A DNA stretch of 64,000 nt from Nemertoderma westbladi (Eukaryota; Animalia; Xenacoelomorpha), in the NCBI GenBank assembly GCA_032718475.1, contig JAUCBJ010002030.1:8422-72421 (forward strand). Reading direction: 5' to 3'. A program made the translations under genes and the position numbers. The notes beneath the pieces were generated by a model. That model saw nothing but the letters and a program-made list of their open reading frames with translations. It was not told the DNA's origin and searched no databases. This document shows positions 44,498 through 56,175 of this stretch, in pieces; the first letter of the stretch is position 1, and every line of letters starts with the position of its first letter.

Positions 44498-46639
44498 TTA
44501 GGGAGGTGGTCGTGGGAAGAGTATCTTGCCTTCCATAGTTTCCGGACAGTTCTCGGTCTCTTTCCAGTAAACATAAACGACCAACTGGGCGATTGAGTTG
44601 TTGTGTTTCGAAAACAATTCCAGGTTTCTTCTTCGTCCTGGAATAGTGATGATGGAAACACCGGTGAGGAGGTCGATTGTGTTTTCCTCATCGTATAATT
44701 GAGTAATATCGTCATTATCTGAGGAGTATGGTGTTCTCTCAGTTGTGGTTTCTCCCTCACTTATTTCTTCTTCCCATTCACTCACCTGATGTATCCTCTC
44801 TTGAGGGAGTCTTTCCATTAGTGTTCTACGGGAAGGTCCAGTGAAGTACCAACCTACTCTCGTTCTTCCCGCGTATGTTTGTAATGGTTGCGGTCGAGCA
44901 GGCCGTTTTTCTAATGTCTCAAGTGCCTCATGCGCATTCTGGCCGATTAATATCTGCACCCCTGGGTAGTCGGTGTTGAATCTAGGGATATCATGCTGCT
45001 GGGTAAAATGGTCTTCATCCCAGTTGTAAGGTTCCACTTGGCTGGTAGCAAAGTTCTTTATCGCCACCATTTTTACTGACCTTATGCTATGTTCTCCTAG
45101 TTCATCCTGGGGAGTGGACAACACACCCACATAGTAGTCTGTAGCTATTGTGGATTTCCAAACCTGCATAATTCCTGAAAGGTTCAACTTAGTTCGGAAC
45201 TTGGGTTGTCCAGCAAAGATGTCTTCGGCTAGTTCTTTGTCGATGAATGTACCTGTGCTGCCGGAGTCAAGGAGGGCGTTTACTATTAAACTTTTCTCTA
45301 GTCCGTGGACTCTCAGCTGCACTACAGGGAATTCCCGGATTCCGACGTTGGAAGTTGGCGCTTTCCAAGTTGGTTGCCGGTCCGGAATAGTCAGTTGATT
45401 ATCGGTTTCAGTCTCATACGTAAGCACTCGATACACTGCGGTGTTTATCATATTACAGGATTCGTTTTCGTCGGAGAATTCGTCTGTGTAGAATCCTTCC
45501 ATCTCAGAGCTGTGGTCAGTGTCGTTCACATCACTGAATTGGACATGTAGTTCGGGCTCACTTACCTGACTCGTGCGGGTTTTGTCAAATTCTGTGTGCA
45601 GCAAGATGTGATGTTTCGCGCCGCACTTAGCACACCTAGCATCTGAGTAACAGGTCCGCCGTTGATGTCCTCGTCTGAGGCAATTATAACACAACCGCTT
45701 ATCCCACATGACATCACGTCTATCCTTAAGGGATTTCTTTAAGAATTCATCACACCCACTCAAGCGATGGGACCCGTCACACAATACACATTTAGGCTTG
45801 ATGTTACTTACTTTAACCTGTGCTGTGTGGTGCACACTTGTTCTTTCCTCAGGCTTTCTTCCATGAATTCTCTTAGGAGACGTAGGAGGAGTTGTTGTTA
45901 CCTGTTCTCTCCTGTCACTGGTTCGAGACTTATATTTACTTACGTCTTTCTGAGTTTTGTTGACATAATAAGAACTTTCGGTGTCTTTCCCGCTGTTCTC
46001 CTCGTGGGAGGTCTGGCTTTCGCCATCGTCTGTATAACACACTGGTGTTACCTTTCTCCTAGAGACGGGTTTTTCACTTACCTTACTTTCAGGAGTCTTC
46101 TCTCTAGACTGTTTTAGGAGTTGTAATCTTACCTCTCTGTTTAAGAATGACAGAAGGTCCGTCATGGTTGGATCTCTATGTTGTTGGTCCATCAAATAGA
46201 GAACCTTTTTGTCCCAGCGAGTACCTACTCCACCCTTTGGCAAAGTTGATGCTAAGGCTCCTACAACCATAGAATTCTGATATTCATGAGACTTACCTAA
46301 CCAATCTAGTTGTCTACAGATCTCCTGAATCTCATCGGAAAACTCTATAATCCCGCTGCTAAGGAACTTTCGGGGCGCTACTAATTTCGCATACAAATAC
46401 CTAGCTATGTTAGTCCTATTACCATACCTGATGTTTAGTGTATCCCAAACTTGTCTTAATCCATCTGGATGTCCAATAAACTTTAACGCCATTAACTTGG
46501 GAGGTCCTTCCAAGCACTCAATGGGGAATCTAAGTTTCTCTCCGTTAGATAGTACGGAGTTCTGTATGTTATCTTTATAATATTCATTAAAAGGTAACCA
46601 TTTCATCTCATCTCCATTGAACTTGACGACCTCTCCCAC
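44498..46639 (-). CDS. gag: E2 Gag C-terminal half + aspartic protease (frameshifted from the upstream gag ORF)
   Basis: KFNG..W, EKLRF..ECLEG; CVLCDGSHRLSGC, CYNCLRRGHQRRTC, CAKCGAKHHILLH; ALLDSGS, RTRVGW; stops with no RT. Confidence 0.88.
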   Translation of the reverse strand: MGEVVKFNGDEMKWLPFNEYYKDNIQNSVLSNGEKLRFPIECLEGPPKLMALKFIGHPDGLRQVWDTLNIRYGNRTNIARYLYAKLVAPRKFLSSGIIEFSDEIQEICRQLDWLGKSHEYQNSMVVGALASTLPKGGVGTRWDKKVLYLMDQQHRDPTMTDLLSFLNREVRLQLLKQSREKTPESKVSEKPVSRRKVTPVCYTDDGESQTSHEENSGKDTESSYYVNKTQKDVSKYKSRTSDRREQVTTTPPTSPKRIHGRKPEERTSVHHTAQVKVSNIKPKCVLCDGSHRLSGCDEFLKKSLKDRRDVMWDKRLCYNCLRRGHQRRTCYSDARCAKCGAKHHILLHTEFDKTRTSQVSEPELHVQFSDVNDTDHSSEMEGFYTDEFSDENESCNMINTAVYRVLTYETETDNQLTIPDRQPTWKAPTSNVGIREFPVVQLRVHGLEKSLIVNALLDSGSTGTFIDKELAEDIFAGQPKFRTKLNLSGIMQVWKSTIATDYYVGVLSTPQDELGEHSIRSVKMVAIKNFATSQVEPYNWDEDHFTQQHDIPRFNTDYPGVQILIGQNAHEALETLEKRPARPQPLQTYAGRTRVGWYFTGPSRRTLMERLPQERIHQVSEWEEEISEGETTTERTPYSSDNDDITQLYDEENTIDLLTGVSIITIPGRRRNLELFSKHNNSIAQLVVYVYWKETENCPETMEGKILFPRPPP

Positions 46640-46641
46640 CT

Positions 46642-49023
46642 TTACCGTTGACGGGCTTCGGTTCTAGCCATTTGACGCGTAAAACTTTCTTGGGCCATCG
46701 TATTATTTAATATCGAGTTATCAGTATATAAATTTCTCGGATTATGATCAGGTCTATATGGAATATCATTATCAACAGGTTTATAATTACCCCCAACAGG
46801 GTTCACCACAGGAGTTTCTACTTCACTAGCAGTATAGATACGTGTAGGCTCCACACCTTGCGCATGAAATACTTCAGACCTAACAGGTTGACACATTGTC
46901 ACAGGGGGTGGTGGTATACCCAATTGTATATTTACTAATTTATCGCGTTTTAACGCGATACTCTGCTGCACTTCTTGCAACTCTAACCTACCCTCTCTTA
47001 CTGTTCCCTTTAACTGCTGAACAGTCCCTTCCAACTCCCGGACCTGCTGGGAGGAACATATACGATGTTCCCTCAGCTGCCCGAGCAGGAGACCCATCTC
47101 CCGCCGTCCCTCATCCACCCACTCTACCGCCGAAGCGGGAGCCGCCAACATAGTAGCGGGTAGACGAGGGACGACGGGTGACAAATTGTTGATGTCTTGC
47201 TCGGCATCCAGGACCGGGATTGATTCAGGGGCTATTCTACTGGGCACAGGTAGTTTAGTACTGTGCAAAGGGAATTTAGAGTTAGGTTCTGGAAGTACAG
47301 GGGTCTCTATCACAGAGTTAGTGGCTCCGAGAACAGGCCTAATTATTTCAGGCTCATCTACTATAGTAGGGAGTCTTTCTACTCTAATAATTTGGTCTGT
47401 AGGCTCAGGATTACTTAAATCTACACTAGCTAGTTGCCTTCTCACTGCTGGAGGCAAATTAGGCAATTTCTGCCGGTGCAGCGCCCTTCTACGTCCACTG
47501 GAACGAGATTTATTTCCTCTACCTTCAGGATCTGTTGTATCGCCTTCATCAGAGGATGTAAATCCCTGTCTCCTGGGAGTAGATCGACTTAGCAACTGCA
47601 TCTGCGTAGCTGTCCTTTGTTTCTTCAAGTAATCGTGTTTCGCCTGAAGGTTCTCCAGCTCTAGTTGGGTAGTCGCTTCAGAAGCTTTCAGTTCTGCTTC
47701 TGTCACTGCCGCTTTCCTTTCAGATTCTGCCGCTGCCGCTGACGCCTTTCTCTCAGCCTCTGCCTCTGCCGCTTTTGCTGCTGCTTTTCTTTCAGATTCC
47801 GCCGCTGCTGCTGACTTTCGGTCTTCTATTTGCCGTTTCTTTAATTGTTCTTCTTGATCCATTACCATGAGGATGCTTTCATCAAATTTAGCCTGCTCCG
47901 CGGCTAATATTTCCGCATCTAACGAGTCCAACACAAATTTGGCCCCTTCACTATTAGGGTGAAGTCCAGCTAGCCGTCTCCTTAGCTCTTTGTCACCTAT
48001 GAATCGTTGATAGTCCGACAGATAGATGTCAATAGCATCCTTCTTCTGAGGTTTCTCTGATATAGCTTCGCTTTCCACCTGAGAAAAGGTAGCATCTGTT
48101 GACTCTCCGTGGGTCATGCGCTCGGTTAGCTGAGCTTTCCATTGTGTCGTTCCCTGGACTTTAAGACTCACCCATTGGAACCAAGTTTTTACGGCAACTT
48201 GCAACGACGTGTCTTGGCTTCTCTTCGAAGCTTCTTCAAAGGCCGAAAGGTTTAGTCTGATCCGTAAAATTCGTTCTCGCACTTGATAAAGCAGCTCTCC
48301 CTGCTCTTGAGGTCCTTGACGTTGTTGAAACAGGTGTTCCTCTAAGCGCTCCAAAGAGCTGAAGAATCCCTGGACATATCCCGCTGCCGACCTCTTCCAC
48401 ACAGCTGGATCTCGAGTGTCTCTTACTACTCCCATCCTGTATAAGTCCTCCCAAGCAGCTTCCGATACGTTAAATGGAAGTCCAGGTCCGGGGAAGTTCC
48501 ATTGCGTCTCGACAATAGACCTTAATTCCTCCATCGTATATCCCGCATAACTGTCCTTGGTCGATCGCTTACTTCTCGCCCAATCGATTTGATGTTCTTC
48601 CACCGCAATCAATACTCTAGTGAGTACAGCTCCAGGAAGAATTAGAAGTGGATCTGGATAAGCCACTTCTGCCATCCTTGCTCCGATTTCGGGTGTCAAC
48701 TGTACAGTGTCTGAACTACTGGAGTTATCGGGCTGTTGAGAAATAAGTTCTCGGTTCGGGTGCTGCTGCTGTTTAACAGCTGCCTCTTGGTCCCGCTTGA
48801 CTTGAGCCCTAGTGCCTATGATATACCCATGGTGTTTTACTAGCCTAGGGTCTGACACTACTACTGTAGGGATGACCTTTCTTACAGTAGGAGGGGACTT
48901 GGACTTTGGTCTCAGACGTTCTATACTCTTAGCTGAGTCCCAAATCTTTGTAAGACCCTGTCTAACACTCATTCTAACACTTTCTAAGAGACTATCTGAC
49001 AGTGTTTGTTTTGTGTCAGACAT
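46642..49023 (-). CDS. gag: E2 Gag N-terminal half (793 aa)
   Basis: ATG after the 5' UTR, AAAAESERK coiled-coil repeats, ends at ARQ where E1 Gag reads ARQGLP...KFSG; homologous to E3 62917 onward. Confidence 0.82.
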   Translation of the reverse strand: MSDTKQTLSDSLLESVRMSVRQGLTKIWDSAKSIERLRPKSKSPPTVRKVIPTVVVSDPRLVKHHGYIIGTRAQVKRDQEAAVKQQQHPNRELISQQPDNSSSSDTVQLTPEIGARMAEVAYPDPLLILPGAVLTRVLIAVEEHQIDWARSKRSTKDSYAGYTMEELRSIVETQWNFPGPGLPFNVSEAAWEDLYRMGVVRDTRDPAVWKRSAAGYVQGFFSSLERLEEHLFQQRQGPQEQGELLYQVRERILRIRLNLSAFEEASKRSQDTSLQVAVKTWFQWVSLKVQGTTQWKAQLTERMTHGESTDATFSQVESEAISEKPQKKDAIDIYLSDYQRFIGDKELRRRLAGLHPNSEGAKFVLDSLDAEILAAEQAKFDESILMVMDQEEQLKKRQIEDRKSAAAAESERKAAAKAAEAEAERKASAAAAESERKAAVTEAELKASEATTQLELENLQAKHDYLKKQRTATQMQLLSRSTPRRQGFTSSDEGDTTDPEGRGNKSRSSGRRRALHRQKLPNLPPAVRRQLASVDLSNPEPTDQIIRVERLPTIVDEPEIIRPVLGATNSVIETPVLPEPNSKFPLHSTKLPVPSRIAPESIPVLDAEQDINNLSPVVPRLPATMLAAPASAVEWVDEGRREMGLLLGQLREHRICSSQQVRELEGTVQQLKGTVREGRLELQEVQQSIALKRDKLVNIQLGIPPPPVTMCQPVRSEVFHAQGVEPTRIYTASEVETPVVNPVGGNYKPVDNDIPYRPDHNPRNLYTDNSILNNTMAQESFTRQMARTEARQR

Positions 49024-50912
49024 GATTTATTTTACAGTTGAATGCCTACTACTGTAACGACAGTTAAAGCAAGTCTAGTAATTCAGTATCAACTGTAAGC
49101 CTCGTAATTAATTACCGATACCGTTACTCAGTGTAACATGATATATATAATTAATATTAAAATACCGGTATACTTATAGTATATATATAAGTATTATTAC
49201 AGACTAGAATTAGTTACAGAATACCGGTATATAATTTCAGGCTAAATTTATATAAATAAATATAATAAGCCTACCGTAAATACCGGTATACACCTATGGT
49301 ATATATAAGTATTATTATAGACTAGGATTAGTCACAGAATACCGGTATATAATTTCAGCCTAAATTTATATAAATATATATAAAAATCCTACTTTGAATA
49401 CCGGTAATGTCAATTATTTTATAATAACTGTATTTCTGAATTTTTAGGGTTACTTCCCTTTACTTATTACTGTTATTAAGCAGTAGTTCAACTGATATTA
49501 AGACCTAATGGATGTATAACAGGCCTACTATTTTATAAATCGGTTTGAGTTGATTTATAATATATATATATACCCGTACAAGGGGTTTTGTCAATGTTTG
49601 AAATAAATGTTATTATTTCTGGGTAAGGTGTCACTACACAAAAGCTGTTCGCTCTCAGTGGAGTGCTACTTGATGGACACTAAAACGAATAATTCTACTT
49701 TACTAAGTTACTTATCACTAGAAATTACTTACAATCACAGTTTGAGACTACAATCTCTAAATAAACACTAAAAAGTTACACATACAAGTTTTAGGGTAAT
49801 TTTACAAGAAATCTACAAACCAGCCTAACAAGGAGTTAGAATTTCTGGTTCTTACAAACTGACAGGATACTACGGTATTTGAAAACAATAAAGCAGTAGT
49901 AAGTAAATTGCGTTGTCCAGATAAGAAAATACCACCGTCTGACGACTTATAGTCTTAGCTCTATAAGTACTACGTTATGTATCCGGAGTGTCCTTACCTA
50001 GAAGTTAATTACTGCAGCCAACCAGAGCTAACATGCCTATTAACCACTTTACAACACAAATATACTGCCTATACACTAATTACTTTCAGAAAGCACTGTA
50101 CACTAAACCCTAAATTAGGTACAAGTACTTATACAACAAATAACCAGCAGTTAAATATACTTGAACAGCTAAAAGAACCACGGTATCTGCTGGAGTGACC
50201 GGAGCACAAAATCACCAGTCTTTACCTACGCCAAGCAGCCCTGATGTAGTACTGGGGTTAATTTAACTATAACGGTATGTATAACAAACACAATTACTGT
50301 AGTAATAAACTTGGGGGTTGTAGGTTGCGAATACTCGCATAGACTCTGAATAATAAATATTACGCTACCCGTGCAGACTATACAAACTAAATACAGACCA
50401 AATGCTGGCAGACTACTGGCAAGCCTAAATAAACTACAGTATATGCAGACTCCGAAATGGTTAGTTAGTAGGCGTTCTAACCGAGTAGTACGACTTATTC
50501 TTTCGGGGAGGATTTACCTTACAGCACTGGATGCCCCCACCTTCCTAACTAGCACTTTATCGGACAGACACTCTATACACACTGCAATCGCTTCAGACCT
50601 AACAACAGCTAGACAACAATCCGGCCTACAAATTATTTGTACAATCTGAGCAGGCTTACACGCCTTCTGCTCAATATTACAACTTACAGATAAATAAAAC
50701 TGACAGAAATAAGTAAACCATACAAAGGAATAAGGGGTGATCAATCCCTAATCCCCTAACAGCCTACAATATACAATATATCACAATCTAAATAATACTG
50801 GTACCTGTAAGTACCGGTTCGGGTAGTTTAGGCAGTTAGGCCTACAGTTTACCATCCGACTGGTACATTTGAATTTATTGCCTTCGTGCAATCAAGAGTT
50901 TAAAACTATTAA

Positions 50913-52068
50913 TGTTCGCGCTTTTAGACCTTTAGCAGTTTAACCTGCCAATTTTAGTTGTCCTTTTGTTTATAAATCGACTTTAGCCTATATCAATTAT
51001 TTAGTGTACTGAAATTACATCAGCCGAAGCCAGTCTGTGCGCGACCATTCACCCACAGTTAAGGGAGACTGGATTCGGATGCTTTGATAGTGATTGCAGT
51101 GTAGACCTACTGTATTATTCGATTGATCGCTACTATATAATCTCTGACAATATATTTACTTTCGGGGAAATATTAACAGTTCCTTTAGGACGTGGCGCTT
51201 TAAGTATAAAAAACAGAGTTATGACTTATACTAATCACAACAAGATGGCCACTGCAGCACTGAGTTTCGTAAAAAGCGCATCCTTTAGGAGATGCTTTAT
51301 TAACCTTCACACTACTTCACACTACTTCGCACTGATCTGCCGACCATCACTGAATTTGATCATATATAAGGAGGATCGCAACTGACACATGTAGGGATTA
51401 TGAAATAGCATTTAATTCACACAAAAACCACTATAATGTAAGTCGCAGTTGCTACCGGTAAACCTGTTCCTCTCACCTTCAGTAATCAAGAAGATTGGGG
51501 GTTTTATGATTATTCATTGGTATTCTCCAAATATATCAGCAATATACATCAATATCACAACAATTAATAACAGAAGTAAAATAATGCGGTGAACAGTCGG
51601 TATGTGTTACTTATGCAGTGTTCCATGTGCAGCAATGTTGAGTTGCAGTGTGATGCGTTTCAGTGATTGAGATATGAAGTATGATTCAGCAATGTTTCAG
51701 TTAATAGTTTTACGTTCTTGTAATCAAAGCCATCAGATGTTTAGGCCAAAGTCTGAAATTCCACAACAGAAGTAGAGAATAACTCTAAGCCGGTTCTCTG
51801 GCTCAGAAAGGTAAACAAAGACCGTAATGCATTGCGCGGTTTTCCATAGGCCCCTGTTCAACATAAAGTGAAAATCGCTCTGATTGGCTGAGCAGAACAA
51901 AGAGGTTCCACGTCTACAGGAAATCAGCTGACAGATTTCGTCATCTGAGCTCCAATCTTTAAGAGTATTATGCGCATTGCGGCAAAAACGACTTGTTATG
52001 TCCGCTAAAGCACCTACACCGTGCATTGCGGGGAAAAATGACTTGTTATGTCCGCAAAAGCTTTTACA
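50913..52068 (-). repeat. E2 5' LTR (1156 bp)
   Basis: Direct repeat of 39307-40448; TG...CA; followed by TTAATAGTTTTA (50912-50901), complementary to 51701-51712. Confidence 0.93.
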
Positions 52069-52073
52069 TACAA

Positions 52074-52505
52074 CTTGGGCTGGTCTACCTTTCCTCCCTC
52101 TCTAGTGTCCTTTAACAACTTCGTGGTGGTGTTGTACCCTCGTCGCAGGCGATCGCCCATCCCGACGTTTTCCTCCTGGACTTGACCTTCCCTCCTTGTC
52201 CGGCGCCGTACCGTCGGCCCCTCTGTTGCCGTTCCGGTGGGCCAGTCGCCGCCCTCTGCCACTGGTTGGCCAGGGACTCTGGTACCTCGTTCGCCGATGT
52301 GATCTCGCGTTGACTCGATCCCCTCTCCTCCTCGTACTCGACCACTCTCCTCCTCAACTTCCGGAGCGTCCCTCGATGGCGAATCTGGTGTGGCGGGCCT
52401 GTAACGCCTCATCGCTGCTTCCCGAATTGTCTGGTCTCTGTTGCTCGTGGTTCGCGGCGGGCTCGCTTCTCCCTCTGGACCCTGTGGCTGTTGTTCGCTC
52501 ATCAT
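52074..52505 (-). pseudogene. E0 gag N-terminus, separated from the rest of E0 by E2
   Basis: ORF MSEQQPQG... runs into the E2 TSD; rejoins E0 gag at 39301. Confidence 0.7.
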
Positions 52506-52580
52506 TGGCGTCGTGTGTCGTTACAGTTTATTTTTCTTTTGATGGGCATTGACCTGGCTTTTAACACAACGGTTTTTAAC

Positions 52581-53050
52581 TGCGAAGGGATTCGCTAGTT
52601 GGCGAGGGAATCCCAACCAGATTTGATCGCCTTTGGACTATAAGCGTCGCCGCGTCCGTGGACTGCTGAAAGGCTGGTGTAGTGTCTGAGTTCTAAAGGC
52701 CGAAGGCCGTTTAAATATCTAAGTTCTAATAGCAGTTGTTTGCAATGTTAGACTATAATAATAGCACAATCAGAATATTACAGCACGGTAAATGACGACG
52801 GTTAAAAACCGTTCCGGTCTCACAACTCTACAGATACCAACTGAATCATAATCAATAAGTACAACGGTTAAATTACTAACACATATTAGTTACTCCCACT
52901 GTTCTGAGTGGCCTGGCCAATGGATGCGTTCTAATCACCTGTTTTCCCCTCCCATCATTGGCTAACCTAATTAATCTCGATCTCGCCTGTAGCTAAAGAT
53001 TGAAAGCAAAAATAAAAATTCTGGCTCACCTAGCAAGGAGGAGGGAGGTG
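52581..53050 (-). repeat. Probable E0 5' LTR (right boundary not determined)
   Basis: Sense end ...CCCTTCGCA resembles E1 ...CTCTTCGCA(TTA); the next 13 nt (52580-52568) are complementary to 52801-52813; no partner LTR found. Confidence 0.45.
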
Positions 53051-54094
53051 AAACTATCTCTGTTTCAAATTTCATGCAAATCTCATTAAGATTTGTAGAA
53101 AAAGGTTTTTTTCTTTGGGGGGGGGGGGGGGGGGGGGGGTAGCAGGTACCTGAATAACGACACTATATTCCAGGACATGGTGTAAGTACGTACATTGTAC
53201 AGTAAACAGGTATGTAGGCCTACTAGTACTGTATAAGATACCGGTACCTTTTGAACGCCCGCTTTTGTTGTAGTTGAATGTGGAACGCGTCTTTTCTCCC
53301 AAATTGTCCTTTTTCATCTGCAAAAGATTATTTACTATGACATTATGATGTAATACATTACATGTATTATTCTATAGTACATTAACTGTTAAAATAATTC
53401 CCGTACTACAGGTTAACAATAGGAGTGCATTATAGGATATTTACGTTTATTAATATAGTCAAGCCTAACCATTTGATTTATGGCACTCCAATAAGCGACT
53501 CTTTCTTGTAATAAACGTTTAACCGCGACAATTTGTCCTGAATTTGATAATGTTGATTTCTCATAACTTTCATCTGAAAATAATAATTCACATTAGTTAT
53601 TGTTAAGAAATTGTACACAGCAATATTACAGTACTATAGACTTTGGTAATATAATTTTATCGCTCAGAAAATCTCTTAATTTCTCATGACTTCGCAAGCA
53701 GTATACACCTACAGTAGACCTTCTTAGTCTTCTTCCTGTATTCCTGGATAGCACCGATGGGACCCCTTAACCCTTTGTTGCACTTGTTGATTTTAAGCAA
53801 CAGTTCTATTATCGGTCTTATCTCATAGAAAACCATCAACCAACCATTACTGCACCTTGTAGCTAATAGTAGGATAATTAAAAAAAAATACTAAAAATAC
53901 TAAAAAAATACTAACGTACAGTATTTCCTTATATATCCTTCACTTATTACATGCATTTTTGCAAATATACAGGTTTATTTGCAATTCTAAGGCACAAAAT
54001 AAGCCGTGTTGCTTATAAGCAACAGAGTGCAGTAAAGGAAAGTAGTGGAAAATGGAACTGAACTGTGAAATTAGATTTTCCTTTTATAATAACT

Positions 54095-54738
54095 ATTTAC
54101 ATACTTGTGTGTAAAGTAGCACTTTACAGTGTGATGATCCGAGTGGCTTTGTTACACGAACGAACGTTAGTGAGTGATGAAAATAAAGCCATGAGGATCA
54201 GAACACTGTAAAGTACTTTGGAAAAAGTATGTATGTAGTTTTATTCCAAAATTTAAACATTACGAAATGATTGTACATAGACATTATAAGTGATAGAAGC
54301 TGCACAAATATATAAATGACTATAAATGACTGTATAAATAAATGTATAAATGACTTAAATTATGTTATAAATAAGTTAGCTTATATTTATGGTGACGTTT
54401 GGACCCATATTATAATTATATAGCTAGGCCCTACTGGTAAGTAATGGCTATAGCCCGCCTACCGGTAGGCAATGTAGTAGGCCTATCTGGCTGTCAGGCA
54501 AATTTCCATCTATTTTTTACGTGGTATCCAATGTCGGCGTTAAGTAATGTCCCCTTAGTGGACATTACTTAACGCCGTCATGGGTTACCACGTAAACAAT
54601 AACACCAAATACAATACTAAATGTACATGCCAATACAAGGCTGTAATGTCCTCAAAAGTTGTAAAGTGCTAAGTAACAACTCGCTTGCAAAATAACATTG
54701 CTAACGGCGTTGAGTAATGTTCCAATTTTGGAATAAAA
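54095..54738. mobile_element. Hairpin-rich non-autonomous element, family unassigned
   Basis: Imperfect palindromes at ~54097-54233 and ~54517-54596; inverted repeat TTTTATTCCAAAATT (54239) / AATTTTGGAATAAAA (54724). Confidence 0.5.
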
Positions 54739-54985
54739 GCCTAAAGCCTTATTGTTTGTCACATCTAAGTAATTATTGATTGTTATAGAAAGACAGACAG
54801 AAAGAGTATTTAGAGCTAATTAATGATTTAATTAGATTAATTATTTAATAAGTGATTAGGCTAATTATTGAATTAGGTAATTAAATTACTTAGGTAAATA
54901 CATTATCGCAGGCAATTTATGGATGGCATCGCATGGCATCTATACTCCCTTTGGGGAGTAGATATGGTGCCGTCACCAGAGGTGG

Positions 54986-56175
54986 TGTAAAAGCTTTTGC
55001 GTCATTAACCGGTTATTTTACCTTAAAGTACTCTGTAGTTGGTTTGCCAGGCATAAAAAGGCCGTGTCCTTGCTGTACTGGTGTTTTAGAGGACATAAAA
55101 GTCATTTCTTCTGTATTTGTACTGTATTTGTACTTTAGAGGACATAATCCGCAATCTCGTGACGCGATAAGCTGGATACTCTTGAAAACAGTGTCGCTAC
55201 CATGACGACGGCTAACAGCTGATATTGCCACGTCGACGTTTCTTTGTTTCTTTGTTCTCTCGTTGTTCGGTTGACCAATCAGAGCGTTTTTTGTCTCTGT
55301 GTTGGAGGTGTATACAGAACTCAGTAGTTCAGTGTGTTATGTTTTTGCTCAGAGCCTAAGAACATCGGCTTTTAGCACTTCCGTATATCAGCGTTCTTTA
55401 GCTTTACATTAGTAGGCTTAATTATAGAACGTATATCTGTTATCGAGTTAATTACAACCTATTTACTACATACAATCTAACCAAACCAATTATATGCAAT
55501 TCATATCTTACATTACTGCTTTTGCTGTTGGTTATTCGTTATATTTGTTGATGAAATATTATATCGGAATACTGATCAATAGTCAGACACCCCACCTTCT
55601 TGATATACTAAAGGTTAGAGAGACCGGTTACAGATAAACGATTGCGACCTATGTTGAGTGGTTTGAAGTGAATTTAATGCTATTTCATATGCCCAACATA
55701 AATTGTCTGTTGCTCTCTTTATGCGTGACCAAATTTAGTGAAGGTCGGCAAATTAGTGTGCAGTATTGTGCAGCATTGTGTATGATTGTAACTGATAACA
55801 AAGCATCTCCTAAAGAATGCGCCATATACGTTAATCTATAGCCTTTTCGTTGTGACTAGTTTAAGTCATAACTCTGTTTACATATTTAGAGCGCCACGTC
55901 CTAAAGGAACTGTTAATATTTCCCGAAAGTGAATAATATTTGTCAGAGATTATATATTACGATCAGTCGAATAATACAGTAGGCTTACACCATCAATCAT
56001 TAAGCTCCGAACTCAGTCTCCCGGGTATATCCAACGGGTGAATGATTGCGCATAGACTGGCTTCGGCTAATGTAGTGTATCAAATACTCGTCATAAAGCT
56101 AAAGAATATATATCATCTAAAAGACATTCTAATTTTGGCAGGTTAAACTGTCAAAGGTCTTCAAAAGCGCAAACA
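54986..56175 (+). mobile_element. Solo LTR of the E2/E3 family
   Basis: TGTAAAAGCTTTTGCG...AAAAGCGCAAACA; homologous to the E2 LTRs; 5-bp TSD GGTGG at 54981-54985 and 56176-56180. Confidence 0.93.

Larger units (their letters stand above)
39307..52068 (-). mobile_element. E2: BEL-type LTR element with gag-protease and an accessory ORF but no RT/RH/IN (non-autonomous), inserted in E0 gag
   Basis: LTRs TGTAAAAG...CGCGAACA, 5-bp TSD TACAA at 39302-39306 and 52069-52073, PPT GGGAGCGG at 40449-40456. Confidence 0.93.

Noticed and set aside
46630-46670. Programmed frameshift within E2 gag
   Set aside because: The -1 frame is open for only ~7 codons before the stop, with no slippery heptamer, and it falls at the start of the capsid motif; more likely a 1-bp deletion or sequencing error
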